Shown in pieces: positions 1 to 11,789 of a DNA stretch of 64,000 bases. How positions within the stretch are numbered: position 1 is the stretch's first letter; every line of letters starts with the position of its first letter. Origin of the DNA: Saccostrea echinata (taxonomy: Eukaryota); NCBI RefSeq assembly GCF_033153115.1, contig NW_026889772.1:1116001-1180000 (forward strand). Direction: 5' to 3'. The position numbers were made by a program, and so were the translations under genes. The notes under the pieces are model-generated. The model ran no database searches. It was not told the origin of the DNA and was given only the letters and a program-made list of their open reading frames with translations.

Positions 1-98
1 CAAATCTAAAAGTGGACAGATCATTTGAAATCTTATGCATTCAAATCCAAAAGTGGACAAATTATTCTTACGTATTCAAATCCAAAAGTGGATGAGGC
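1..98 (-). repeat. Degenerate tandem copies (~40 bp) of the KLHDC10 exon-6 3' end and donor region
   Basis: CAAATCYAAAAGTGGA occurs at 1, ~42 and ~77; the last copy is the exon end (STFGFEY|GTAAGA). Confidence 0.65.
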
Positions 99-3000
99 TG
101 TTCCACCACCAAACACATACAGACGATTGTCATGGCTAGCCACCTCATGTCGATACCTGAAATAAAACACAAGTAGGTCCCCTTTAAACTTCCTTAAAAA
201 TTCATTTATCACTTATTTAAAACAATTTCATGGTCTCTAATTGGCAAAATTCAGTTTTGTTTTAAATGGCAGTGAATAAGTTACCATATTCAAATTTTAC
301 CAATAATAGTGTCTGAAAGTTTTTATTTTCTGTACAGTTACCTGCTCTCTGGAACAAAGTCTGACTGGGCAGGTAACTCCTCCCAGGTCAGTGACTGAAG
401 GTCAAGTCTGTGAATGTGAAGGTCATACGTGTACCCTGACGTCCCACCACACACGTACATGTGCTTGCCGATCTTTGTCAGTGTCTGTTGATTGAATATG
501 AGAGATTTAACATTTATACTGTACATTTGCTTGCTGATCTTTGAGCATGTTGAGAGAGTCTGTTGATTGAATATGAGATATTTAACATTATACTGTACGT
601 TTATAAATGTGCGCATGTAATTTACTGTTTTCACTGTAGTACATGTATATAACACTGAAGTAAACACTGTAAGGAACTTATCTTTGAAAATGAATAAATA
701 ATGTCAGGAAAAGAGGTATAAAATCTGAGAATTCAAAACATATTTTATAAGCATCATTTATTTTTTTAAATTAATCTGATTGAGTAGTCAGGCATTCCTT
801 GTTGATTTTCTATTTGCCAACATGACATTACACAGCATAAGAATACAAAGTGTGGGATAGGAAATTGACAAAGAAATTTATCCGGTGATGCATATCCACT
901 GTATAAAGGAGTGAAGACTATTAACCAATCTTCACCTGATATAAAATATACATGTAGATTTCTGACATCTGAGTGACACATGGACATTCTGAAGATTTTA
1001 AAGTGATAAACATTAAACTACAGTCTCCACAATATATCTAGATAATTGCCTTATATTCACATGACCATTATTTTTCTGTGTGATACTCACATGACCATTA
1101 TTTTTCTTTTTGATACTCACATGACCATATTTTCTGTGTGATACTCACATGACCATATTTTTCTGTGTGATACTCACATGACTGTATTTTTTCTGTGTGA
1201 TACTCACATGACCGTATTTTTTCTGTGTGATACTCACATGGCCATACTTTTTCTGTGTGATACTCATATGACTGTATTTTTTCTGTGCGATACTCACATA
1301 ACAAATTTTTCTGTGTGATACTCACATGACCGTATTTTTTCTGTGTGATACTCACATAACCATACTTTTTCTGTGCGATACTAACAAGACCGTATTTTTT
1401 CTGTGTGTTACTCACATGACTGTATTTTTTCTGTGTGATACTCACATGACTATTTTTTTCTGTGTGATATACTCACATGACCGTATTTTTTCTGTGGAGA
1501 TTCTCCTGCACACTTCATATGTCTCCACTTCAGTGTGTCCAGGTTACAAATGTTCAGCTGATTACTGCTGTTAGAACCAAAAGGAACCCCGGTCCCTCCA
1601 AAACACAAAAGGTTCCTCCCAGACCTCAGGACTGAAGTGAAAAAAAAACCTCATTCATCACACTGTCAGATATATTAAGTGTTTATACTTCAGATGTACA
1701 AGGAAACCTGTAAAAGAAACAGCTGTTGCCTCTGAATAACAGCGACATTTGTATAAACGATATTGAAGGACAGACCCAAAAAGAACAAGGAAATCACACG
1801 AGCTCAAAATTTCTTTTACAACAGTTTACATGTAATTGGCATGTTGATGACAATGCCTTAGGAAAAGTAAAAGAAAAACCTTCATATTTAAACATAATAC
1901 CTACCTGCATGTGATGCCAGCTCTATCGGCATGTTACCATCAGTTTCTAGTTTTGTCCATTCCCGTCTTGCAAAGTTAAACTTCCATAACTGTCGTATGA
2001 TATCAATAAAACTTAAACAACAAAGAATGCATAAACAGTGAGTATTTGGCAAAATGTGAGCTGTCTATATTTGTGATCTTGGCTTTTAGAAAATTGGGTC
2101 AATTTTCAGTGCATCTCTATTTTGCTTTGTGAATAATGTCACTGATACAATATATATTATACAAAAAATATGCAGAATTAGACGAAAGAAAATACAATTT
2201 CTTCTTCTGGATGCAACAATTTAAAAAAAATAAATTGATAAACTGATACAAATTAACTATGAAAAACAGCTGCATGATAGCTACTGTCTGAAATCCAGAT
2301 TTTTCACCCAAATTTTACCTCTTTGAACAGTGGGTAGTAGGTATCCTCTGTGTTTGGAACATTCAGGAACTTTGGGTTATAGCCTCCCAGTACATAAAGG
2401 TTACTGTCGTCTACCACGACTCGATGACCACTTCGTGGAAACAGAAAATCTGAAAATGGGTGTATAAAAAACAAATTATGATTCATACAAGTCAGAAATA
2501 AGCTTTCTGTTTAAAGAACAATATAACTGAGTAACAGGAAGGGAGAAAATATGTGACAAATCAGACCAGGATTTGAAACCCGGTCCAATAAACTCTAGAA
2601 GCTGAAATACCATATGAGCTAGACACTGGCTGACCTCGACTGTTGTACGTACAATGTGTATAGTTTCACACATTGACACATTCACAAATATAAAACTGAA
2701 ATATTAGTGCAAAAGTAAACTGGTAAACCAGCCCTTGCAGTTCATTTTGAGTTTGTGATCATGGTGATGCATGAATTCTTTTGTTCTCTTAAATAAAGTA
2801 AATACTCCGATACTTTAGGTAAGTAACACAAAATGCGGCTAACAAAGATCTTTAAACGCAATTAATTTTTTATCCTCCCCACCCCCCCCCCAACAAAACT
2901 TTCACCTATAATGTTTAAATTCATGTGTTTTGAGCAATGTCTTTTATTTTAATCAATCATGTTAAAAAGACTTAATTTATTTTTTAATATCATAAAAGAT

Positions 3001-4668
3001 ATTATAAAAGATATTATGATTTGTGAAAAAACCGTTATACTAAAAACAAAATAAAAAAGGATACACAGTGTTTATATATGTGTAGTTGGTATCCTGGAGG
3101 TTATACATGCATCAAATAAGTCAATGAATTACCTCTCTTTTTAAAAGGGTTTCCCCATTCACTGAAAATAATAATGAATCGAGAAAGTACAGAACGCCAG
3201 TGATTGATGCAAGAATCACTTAAATCAGAACCACAAACTGTTCTAGACATTGAGACCTAGGACAAAATGACCCAAGACAAAGTACTTGCCCAGCTCCAAT
3301 ACTGACTGGCCCTAAGCCATATATTTTATTCTTATTTTAGAAGATTATTCATATCAGCAAAATTCAAAACACATGTATTTTCATTTTTTTTTTTACCACA
3401 CAGAGACAGATATTGATATGAACAAATTTATTCACATAGATTGTGCCATCAAAAATCATAGATACTCCGTAAAAATGCACAACTTGCAATTAAAAATGTC
3501 AGGGTTTCTAATTTCATGTGTTTACAAAGATCTACTTTTATGTTGAACTTCCCTTTCTTCTCTTGGAACATAACATAAGTACAAGATTCTTTTCCTGGCC
3601 CTCAATGGCTTACTTTTACCCTTCCTCAGCTTAAGAAAAAAAGAAGGCATGAACCTGAAACTCATCGGACTTATATCTTGTGTAAGTGTTGATATATAAG
3701 CCATTCATTTATTTTTATTTTTAAAAACAATACATGCAATAGCCAAATAAAAATTAAAAAGTTGGCAATTGACCTCAATGATGCACATTTAAATCATCTG
3801 TAAATTATACACAGTGTAACGATGCTCTAGTCTAGGTTTTACTAGGAAGTATTTTCCTTTGTGTAATCCATACCGATCTGAATGGAGTCTAGTGTTAACC
3901 AGACAAGTATGTAAACTGTATTAGGACGGCACTCCAGGTGGCTTTCATTATCTCATGTCTCTCGTGGATAACTCAACATTCACTTCATTATTATAATAAT
4001 TTCTTGGCAATTTGAAAATACAGTAAAACACGGTTATAACAAAGTACCAGGGACGAACAGTTTTGCTTAGTTATAAGCGTAATTCATTATATCTGTTTTA
4101 AGCATGTTAAGTGTTCAATATATTTTAAAGTCAAGGGGAATGAAAATCACTTTGCTATATGCCTCAATTCATTATAAATGTGTTCGCTATAAGCATGTTT
4201 TACTTTACTTTGATCATGTTAATTGTACAAATTTTATATTATAATTACAACATCCTGTTAGTATTTTCAATACAGCTTGCCTGCATTATCAGCACCTGTT
4301 TGTAATATATACCAACATTATAAAAGTGCTCACAATACAGTGTTATCAGTCGGAAACTGTGAATAGATTGCATTCTTTTTACTTAAACTAGTTCCGTCAT
4401 GTTCGGGGAAAAGTCTGCCTAGGGCTGCTTTCTTAAACACACCTGCCGCGTCAAGTAATCCGTTACAACCGTGTACCGATTGCACAATCTGTCAGATCAG
4501 CTGTTATTCATCAAGTCGTTTCTCCTAACTGCAAGTTTGCAAAATCTCATTTTTGTTCTAATATAAAAAAGTATACATACCTAAATTGCTTCTGTCGATA
4601 TTTTCCGTAGCTTCGTCGTCTTGCTCTGGAGATCCAAATTTTTCTACGACCAGTCCCCTAACTGCCAT
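72..4668 (-). CDS. KLHDC10: Kelch domain-containing protein 10, exons 1-6 (3' part lies beyond the left window edge)
   Basis: Exons 4668-4581, 2449-2319, 1989-1905, 1631-1477, 484-342 and 156-72 all have GT-AG boundaries and consistent phases. They translate to MAVRGLVVEKFG...PRSGHRVVVDDSNLYVLGGYNP...YPLFKELWKFNF...MPIELASHA...FGGTGVPFG...YVCGGTSGY...RYRHEVASHDNRLYVFGGG, kelch repeats matching vertebrate KLHDC10 as I recall it. Exon 1 is the least certain. Confidence 0.92.
455..600 (-). repeat. Duplicated acceptor plus exon start of KLHDC10 exon 5 (2 copies)
   Basis: GTCTGTTGATTGAATATGAGA.ATTTAACATT at 483 and 558; the upstream copy encodes a decayed KISKQMY versus the real KIGKHMY. Confidence 0.8.
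1053..1498 (-). repeat. ~30-bp minisatellite made of the KLHDC10 exon-4 end plus 5' splice site (~15 copies)
   Basis: Minus-strand unit CACAGAAAAAATACGGTCAT|GTGAGTAT(CA); the first copy is the true exon end QKKYGH|GTGAGT. Confidence 0.95.
2529..2632 (-). mobile_element. Decayed tRNA-derived SINE-like element
   Basis: Minus strand has A-box-like TAGCTCATATGG and B-box-like GGTTTCAAATCC followed by a short body. Confidence 0.5.
4021..4206. mobile_element. Tc1/mariner (pogo-like) MITE
   Basis: TA|CAGTAAAACACGGTTATA ... TATAAGCATGTTTTACT(T)|TA: imperfect TIRs with TA flanks. Confidence 0.6.
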
Positions 4669-4884
4669 TTTCTAAGGGCGAATTTGTTTCTCAAAAACTG
4701 GTTTTAGTTTCGAACCAGTTTGGTTAACCGTTCATTTGTTCCTCAAACTGGTTTTAAACTAGTTTCAACCCAGAACCGGTTTTCCATTTGTTTTTGCTGT
4801 AACCGAAACCAGTTCCTTGAACCAACCAAACCACCTCCGATGGTGGTTTATTCGGTTTACGAAATAGCGGGAAGCTTTTCCAGC

Positions 4885-6585
4885 ATGGCGACAGCGTCTG
4901 CAATATTGCTGAAATGTGCTGTCTGCTCTTTTGAAACGGAAGTAATTCCGGAGTTTGAAAAACATTTTTGTAAGATAATTGATTCTGCATTTATTTGATT
5001 TGAATGTAACAAAAGGATTTTCTTGTTAATAAAACATCTTTCAGTTATAAAATCCAAAAAAACCAGCATTTGTATGGGATAGAGGAAATTCTAGTTACAG
5101 TATAACTGATGAACAGTAATATATACTTATAGTGATATGGTCTGTCAACAAATATATCTTTACGTTGACAATTTTCATTTACTGACAGAGAATTTTAGTT
5201 TTTAATGTTAAATTTCTGAACATTTCTCACAAAGATTCATTGATTTGAGCAGTATCATTTATATTTGCTTTACTATTATTATATACCTTTTTCATAGGCT
5301 CTACCAACAACAATGTAGTTCAAGTGAAAGAGTTGGTGTCAAAAAAATATCATACGTTAATTTCAGAAGAATTTCTTAACACATATGTGTTTGAAAATGA
5401 AACTGAAGCCAATAACTTTAGAGAGAAAGACCAAGGGAATGATGATAAGGCAGTTATGGTTTTCAACAAAACCAAACCAATTTACCCAAAAGTTAACGAA
5501 AATTTGTCTGTTTTTGGAAAAGAATTTGTACGAAATACAAAACCATGGGTGGTCAATCTCCTTACTGATTGGTGTAGATTCGACGAAGTTATATGCTGCA
5601 AATCTTCAAGATACTCTGAGGCCAATGAAAGCACTGAAACAACTGGTAAAAAATTTATGTCTCTAATTATATAATATATCTATATTTTTAATTCAAAGTG
5701 AAACATCATAAAATGCTGAGTTTGTACATTGTATATTTACCCATTTATGTCAAGCCCCTGATAATATTTGCTATCCCCATGCTTGAATACTACTTAATAT
5801 GCTTTGAACAGAATATGTACATAATATACCAGTCATGATTTTTTTCCAAATTATTTGCAGATGAAAGTAAAACAGATGTACCAAGTACCAGCAATAATTC
5901 ATTATGGTCTGATATACCAAGTACCAGCAATAATTCATCAAGTACCAGCAATAATTCATCAAGTACCAGCAATAGTACCAGCAATAATTCATCAAGAACC
6001 AGCAATAATTCATCAAGTACCAGCAATATTTCATCATGGTCTAAAGTTGCAACCAGTCATCTAATAGAATTACACACCATGCATTCTGCCAAATTCACAA
6101 AACCCTCTATGAAAAAGAAGGAAGTTTGGAAGATAATTTGTTCTGAAATGCACAACAGGGGTTTCTCTTTCACAGTGAATCAATGTGAACAGAAATGGAA
6201 AAATCTTACAAAAGCATATAGAGATTGCGTTGATCACAACTCAAAATCAGGCAATGAACGGAAAGAATGTCCATTTTATAAAGAACTAGAAGACTGTTAT
6301 GGGTATAAACCGAATGTTAAACCCGTATTCACTCTAGGAACACGCAAGGAGGATGAAACCGATAACGAAGAATCAAAGGCAGAGTCAACTTCAAGTGACT
6401 GTGATGTGACCCCCAAAAGAAAGAAGAGTAAGCAGGCAAGTGAAATAGTAGAAATCTTGGATGACATGAGAAAAGAACACAAGGAGATGATGAAGACACT
6501 GAAGGAACAACATCAGAAGAAAATGGAAAATGAAGAAAAAAAACTTGAAATAATGGCTCAGTTGGTTGAAGCCATGAAAAAATAG
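4885..6585 (+). CDS. Harbinger Myb/SANT-like (trihelix) DNA-binding protein, 3 exons, ~385 aa
   Basis: Exons 4885-4969, 5298-5645 and 5861-6585, two phase-1 GT-AG introns, open throughout. N-terminal CxxC-x12-HxC, then a Ser/Thr/Asn repeat linker, a W..W..QCEQKWKNL..Y..CPFYKEL Myb_DNA-bind_4-type domain and a C-terminal coiled coil. Confidence 0.88.
5878..6040 (+). repeat. 21-bp coding repeat (STSNNSS) in the Myb-like protein linker
   Basis: CAAGTACCAGCAATAATTCAT repeated ~7 times, in frame. Confidence 0.9.
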
Positions 6586-7715
6586 TAACAGTAGTAACTA
6601 TTATGTTATCTTTTAGTGTAAGAAAGATTACTTAATGGTAATTTCTGGCAAGTTAGCGGACTGGTTTGTAGTTGACAGGAGAATCTGATACGACCATTAG
6701 TCAATTTTTCATGCCTTGTTATTATCAGATAAGATTATTTCATTGTTGATGAAAGTTCCTATTGTGGTATATTAAGTAAAGACTTAAGTAAGTTTTTAGT
6801 ATCAAGTTTGTCTGGTCTTGGCTGTTGTCACTGTTGACTTTCTTTTGATTTAAATATTTATTATCTTCTGTAGAACCCAGATGATTATCATAAATAAAGC
6901 TTTTTTCTTAAATTTGAAAATGAAAAGTATGGAGACTATTTTTAAAAAGTTTTAAATATTTGAAAATTGTTTTGTTCTTCAAGGAGAAATAATTCTTTGG
7001 CCTTTAATTCCACTGTTTGATGCATGTATTTTATAAGGCTTTAGAGAATAGATAAATAATTTGAATTTGTTCATAATAGTGGTCAGAAATCAAAATATTA
7101 AAAGTTTTCTCTTCAAAAATGAGTTTTGGTTAATTTGGTTATTAGTTTTAGAATCATTAGAAAAATAGTTAACATGTATTGTAAGGTAAATTATTAAACA
7201 TACTGTAAAGTTGGTTTGAATAATGGAAATCTAAAGTACATTTACCTGTGTGGACCTATGATAATCCAATTGTTTTAAATTATTACAATGTGATTACTAG
7301 TAGTCATCCATTCATAAATCATGATGTATACAGTATACATGTATCAGAATGTTTTGTAAAATTATTTATATAAGCCCTTGAGTATAATAGAAGGGGAGCA
7401 CTAGCTTCAAGACCGCATTATTTTGAGGAAGGTATCCTCTGTCTTTGATTTATTTTTGTGTTACAATAAAATTTAATATACCTGAGTTTTTATCTTTCCA
7501 CTGTGTTGAAAAAAAAAAATTCAGAATTTGATCATTGATGAATATTTGATGCATTAATATAAATACTTCATTTTAAGTAAGATTAACAATGAACAAATAA
7601 ACTTTTTTTGGATTCTTTATTAAGAAAGGAGTTTCAGTTTCTCATGCATGTGTAATTTAGATATGTTTTTCTGTTCATAACAAGGTGCCTACGTTGTATA
7701 TGAACAGGAAAAATA

Positions 7716-8860
7716 TTATAACATTCTTGCAATACTATCCCTCTTTTCTCCTGCAGCATTATTTACACATAAAATTTGCACAAAGTTGTTGACTTCATCC
7801 TCTCCTCCCTCCTCTATATACTCTACACAATCATCGTCATGCTGTAGACAAAATTCGTGCAATACACAGCAACTGATCACTACTTTTACAATTTTTTCAA
7901 TGTCCTGAATGTCTACAAATTTTAAGCGGCGAAATCTTCCTTTTATGGCCCCAAAAGTGCGTTCAATTACCATCCTAGTACTGCTGTGAATATAGTTGTA
8001 CTGATACTGACTTTGTGTTAGGTTTCCACGGTCCCTGTAGGGAGTCATCATCCACATTTCAAGACCATAAGCAGAGTCCCCCAAAAGGTGTGTATTGTTG
8101 GGAAACATCCCCTCTGGGTCTTTCTGAATCCTTTGGTACAATTCTGAATTTTTAAAAACTCGGGAGTCATGCACAGATCCCGGCCAACCACAGTTAACAT
8201 CTAATAAATGCATTTTTGAATCACACACGGCCTGAAGAATGACAGACGGAAATGACTTTCGATTAATGTAGTTTTCTGGACAATGATTTGGAGTTTTTAT
8301 AGGTATGTGACTACCGTCAATGGCACCAATTACAGCAGGGAAATTTTTTAAATCTTTAAACCCTTTAACAATGTTGGAAACTTTTTCACCATCTGGCCAT
8401 TTTATGCATTGCTGCAGAAGTTCACGGCAAACAATGTTTGCGAGGCGCTTTACAATATCAAAGACTGTATATTCACATACTCCGAATTGGTCAGCAATAG
8501 CTTGGATTGTCATTTGTGTTGTCAAATAGCGTATGAAAATTAATAACTGTTTTTCCATTGGTATAATTGTTTTCTCTTTAAATTCTAAGAAAATTGTTAA
8601 AAGAGATGAAAATGTTCCTGGGCTCATTCGAAACCTTCGTCTAAAAACTTTGGAATGATCTCCTCAACATAGTTAAGCGCTCGAGGAATTCTGATCCGAC
8701 GCTGAGGAATCAGGGTCATAAGAGCAGAACACATTGAAGTATGCATTTGGAGTTGAGACAATAGACCAACTTCATGATCTTCTAAGTTGCTATCATTTTC
8801 TAAAAATGCAGAATTAATAATCATGCAAACACAGGCATGTTTGTGCCTTTTAGACGCCAT
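7716..8860 (-). CDS. Harbinger (HARBI1-like, DDE_Tnp_4) transposase, frameshifted near 8625
   Basis: Catalytic motifs IGAIDGSHIPI, GSVHDSRVF, LLGDSAY and RMVIERTFG are intact in ORF 8627-7716. The N-terminal part (MASKRHK...YVEEIIPKFLDEGF) is in another frame and joins at the conserved FRMS motif. Confidence 0.93.
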
Positions 8861-8988
8861 CTTTATGTCTAAACTGTTCATTTGTTTTACCGAGGCAAAC
8901 CGGATTGAAACTAGAAACCAGTTTGAAAACTAGTTTCAAACTATAAACCAAAACCTGAACCAGTTTAAGCGCAACAAATTCGCCCTAA

Positions 8989-9400
8989 GTTTTTTTCTGT
9001 CATTGAAAACGTTCATCTGACCGTGATTCAATAACTGTTAAGATTTTATATTATCACTTTGCTGATTGGTTCATCTTTCCAAGTATGTCCAATCAAAAAG
9101 ATCGTATCTAATTGGACTCGGTATAAAGTACAAAATGGAGAATTTTGTAAACAATAAACGAATTTCAAGTTGCAGTGTAATGTATTGTAATTTACTCCTG
9201 AATTTTCCAATATTGATTTTTTTTGTCATCTTTCTCGAGAGATGACACATTAAGTTTGTAACCCCGGATATGAAGCCCCAGTGTAAGCTGCCATTGATAA
9301 GCTGGTGGTCTGGCAAATGACACGATTTCTAAATATAGATATGTAAACAAAACTGCTCAAAGACGAGGAATGGGCGATCTGTCAAACAGGCCATCTTAAA
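8989..9400 (-). promoter_or_regulatory. Probable native KLHDC10 5' UTR/promoter, displaced by the Harbinger insertion
   Basis: Directly continues the empty-site sequence; three CCAAT/ATTGG boxes at ~9064-9115 and a YY1-like GCCATCTT near 9391. Positional inference only. Confidence 0.4.
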
Positions 9401-9460
9401 AAAGAAAAACTACACATAAATCATAGAGAGTCAAAGAGACAATATCGCTTGGGTAGTGGT

Positions 9461-9705
9461 GGGTCTTCAAAATACATGCAGTTATCTAATCATGGTCAGC
9501 GCGTTGTGTATAAGAATGCACTAAACATGGCATCGATTAGAACGGCCAAGGCGTGGATCAAAGTATTTACAGAAAAACAAAGCGGGGGGTCTTCAAATAA
9601 CTTGCAGTTATCTAGGCTGTTACGTAAATGATGGCCAGTGCGTGTGTTACATGGCATCGATTAGATCAGCCAAGGCGTGGATCTAAGAATTTACAGAAAA
9701 ACAAA
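9461..9705. repeat. Imperfect ~124-bp tandem duplication
   Basis: GGGTCTTCAAA..TGCAGTTATCTA and ACATGGCATCGATTAG..GCCAAGGCGTGGATC each occur twice, ~124 bp apart. Confidence 0.8.
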
Positions 9706-10318
9706 ATCAAAGTAAATACTCGCATTAAAAGTTTAAATACGACTGATGTGAATTGATGTCGAAAATTTCACCTTTATGTGTATCTTAGTCATTCAATAAC
9801 CTGATGCCATTTTTAATTTTTTTTTTAAACAAATAGTTAATGTTAAAACTACAGGCATTGGAAGAAAGATTATATAATCATTGTGAATTTTTACGCATGT
9901 CTGCACTATTCTTTGTTTTTTGTTCTGTAAAAAGTAAATGTCAGAAATACAATATTGTTACCTTTGTATAAAAGACGGAATTTCTTTACCCGACTCGTAT
10001 TTTGAGAATTTATAATTATAGCATCTGCAATCATTTTCTTTGTGTAATTTTAAATTGCATTATTGGTTAGTGTCAAAAAAGCTATCAAATCACTTCTGTT
10101 ATACTTGAAATATTATTTAAATTGATTGTTTCCTTGAACAGCCTAAATATCAGGGTTGGTAAATTGGTACTCTTTCAGATAATTTGTAAATGCCTAATTT
10201 TAGCTTATACCGTGTTAATTTTATTACTGACCTATATTTAAATGCATGTGAGGGTTATTTCTTTGGATAAACCATATATTTAAAAGTGGAAAATCTTTCG
10301 AAATCAATTGAGGGTCAT

Positions 10319-11136
10319 TGTCGTATAGTGAGACTTCCCCATAGTGAGATTTCCCCGGAAGACTGGCTATGTAGTGAGATATACCCCGGGAAGACTGGCT
10401 ATATAGTGAGACTTCCCCCCGGAAGATCGACTGGCAATAGAGTGAGACTTCTCCCGGGGAAGTCTCACTATATAGCCAGTCTCTCCCCCTTTCATAGTGA
10501 GACTTCCCCTCAAATGTAGTTTCCGGAATATTTATTTCATTGTAAAACAATATTTTTCAGTATATGAATAAAAGTTCTCCGTTAATTAATAATTAAAACA
10601 TCTTAATAACCTTTTAACAGTTTGTTAGCCAAAAATAATTATGGGATGACATGTACATGTATATTGATGTGAGATAACTGAATGAAAAATGTACGTTATT
10701 GTTACAAGTATACATCTTTCTTTACTATATTGTATTTATTGCATTCCCCATGAAGGTTAACATAAGCAAATTCCAAGAGTCCTCGAGTAATGATCTCTTA
10801 AATGTTAAATGTATTTCTTTTGATAAGAATCATTTTGGAACAATGCAATTATTTACTGTGCACGATAAATTTTTAATGCGCACTTCTATATTTATTCATA
10901 CATGTATCTACTTTATAAGATCATTATCAAAATGCAAGTATATATACATCGTCGATGTAAATAAAATACAACTGAACATGGAAGTGGGAAGCCTCACTAT
11001 GGTCGTTTAGGGGGGAAGACTCACTATATAGTAATTCTCCCCCCCCCCCCCACCGGGGAGTCTTACCGCTATATATAGCCGCATTTCCGGGGGGAAGTCT
11101 CACTATGGGGGTGGGAGTCTCACTATATGACACCGG
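10319..11136. mobile_element. Non-autonomous DNA transposon with reiterated subterminal TATAGTGAGACTTCCCC motifs
   Basis: Left TGTCGTATAGTGAGACT versus right AGTCTCACTATATGACA; multiple motif copies in opposite orientation at each end, AT-rich core. Confidence 0.7.
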
Positions 11137-11561
11137 ACTAATTCAAGTTAGCGCTTTAAACTTCTTGGCTGTTGTCTGAGTAAGCTGCTGTGATGTAAAG
11201 TCAATAGGAACGCTAAGGTTTTACCCATCCTCTTGTATAACAATTGTTTACAAATTTTACGAATACTGCTCAGTGGTTACATTTTTTAAACACATATACA
11301 AAAAATATTTGAAATTACTGTTGGAAATGTTTACTGAAAGGCAGCTTGCCTCTACCTTCCCCATTTTTTTTGTTGCAGCATATTCATACTCCCCCCTTCC
11401 CCCCCCCCCCCCCAATGTGTTTTCGAGAGAGTCAAAAAGTTTAAATCTTCCCTCCCATCCACGAAAAAGAATTTCGAGTTTGAACACCCTCTTTTTTTCC
11501 TAGTGAAAGATTATTCAGGTAGGTTGAAATTTTTTTTCTGACTACCCCCCCCTTTTTTTTG

Positions 11562-11789
11562 AAAAAAAAGTTCTTCTGCTTGTAATCGCTGAGGAAAAAA
11601 AATGTTACATTCCACTGTTTATTCTGTGCCCCCTTCCCCCCTTTTGAAAAAAAGTTCTTCTGTCTGTAATAGCTGAGGAAAAAATGTTGCATTCCACTGT
11701 TTATTCTGTCCCCCCCCCCTTTTGAAAAAAAAGTTCTTCTGTCTGTAATAGCTGAGGAAAAAATGTTACATTCCACTGTTTATTCTGTG
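11562..11789. repeat. ~75-80-bp tandem repeat, 3 copies
   Basis: GAAAAAAAGTTCTTCTG..TGTAAT.GCTGAGGAAAAAATGTT.CATTCCACTGTTTATTCTGT x3. Confidence 0.85.

Larger units (their letters stand above)
4676..8985. mobile_element. Full-length PIF/Harbinger DNA transposon (4310 bp)
   Basis: Perfect 13-bp TIRs GGGCGAATTTGTT (4676-4688) / AACAAATTCGCCC (8973-8985); TAA TSD at 4673-4675 and 8986-8988; convergent Myb-like and DDE transposase genes; clustered subterminal AAAC(C/T)AGTTT-like motifs at both ends. Confidence 0.97.

Noticed and set aside
3133-3161. 29-nt candidate micro-exon in KLHDC10 intron 1 (TTTTCAG|...GAG|GTAATT on the minus strand)
   Set aside because: Inclusion shifts the frame, and exon 1 already joins exon 2 in phase. 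It could only be a poison exon, for which I have no evidence.
5771-6064. ORFs 5771-6037, 5790-6026 and 5855-6064
   Set aside because: Alternative-frame or antisense readings of the 21-bp repeat within exon 3 of the Myb-like gene.
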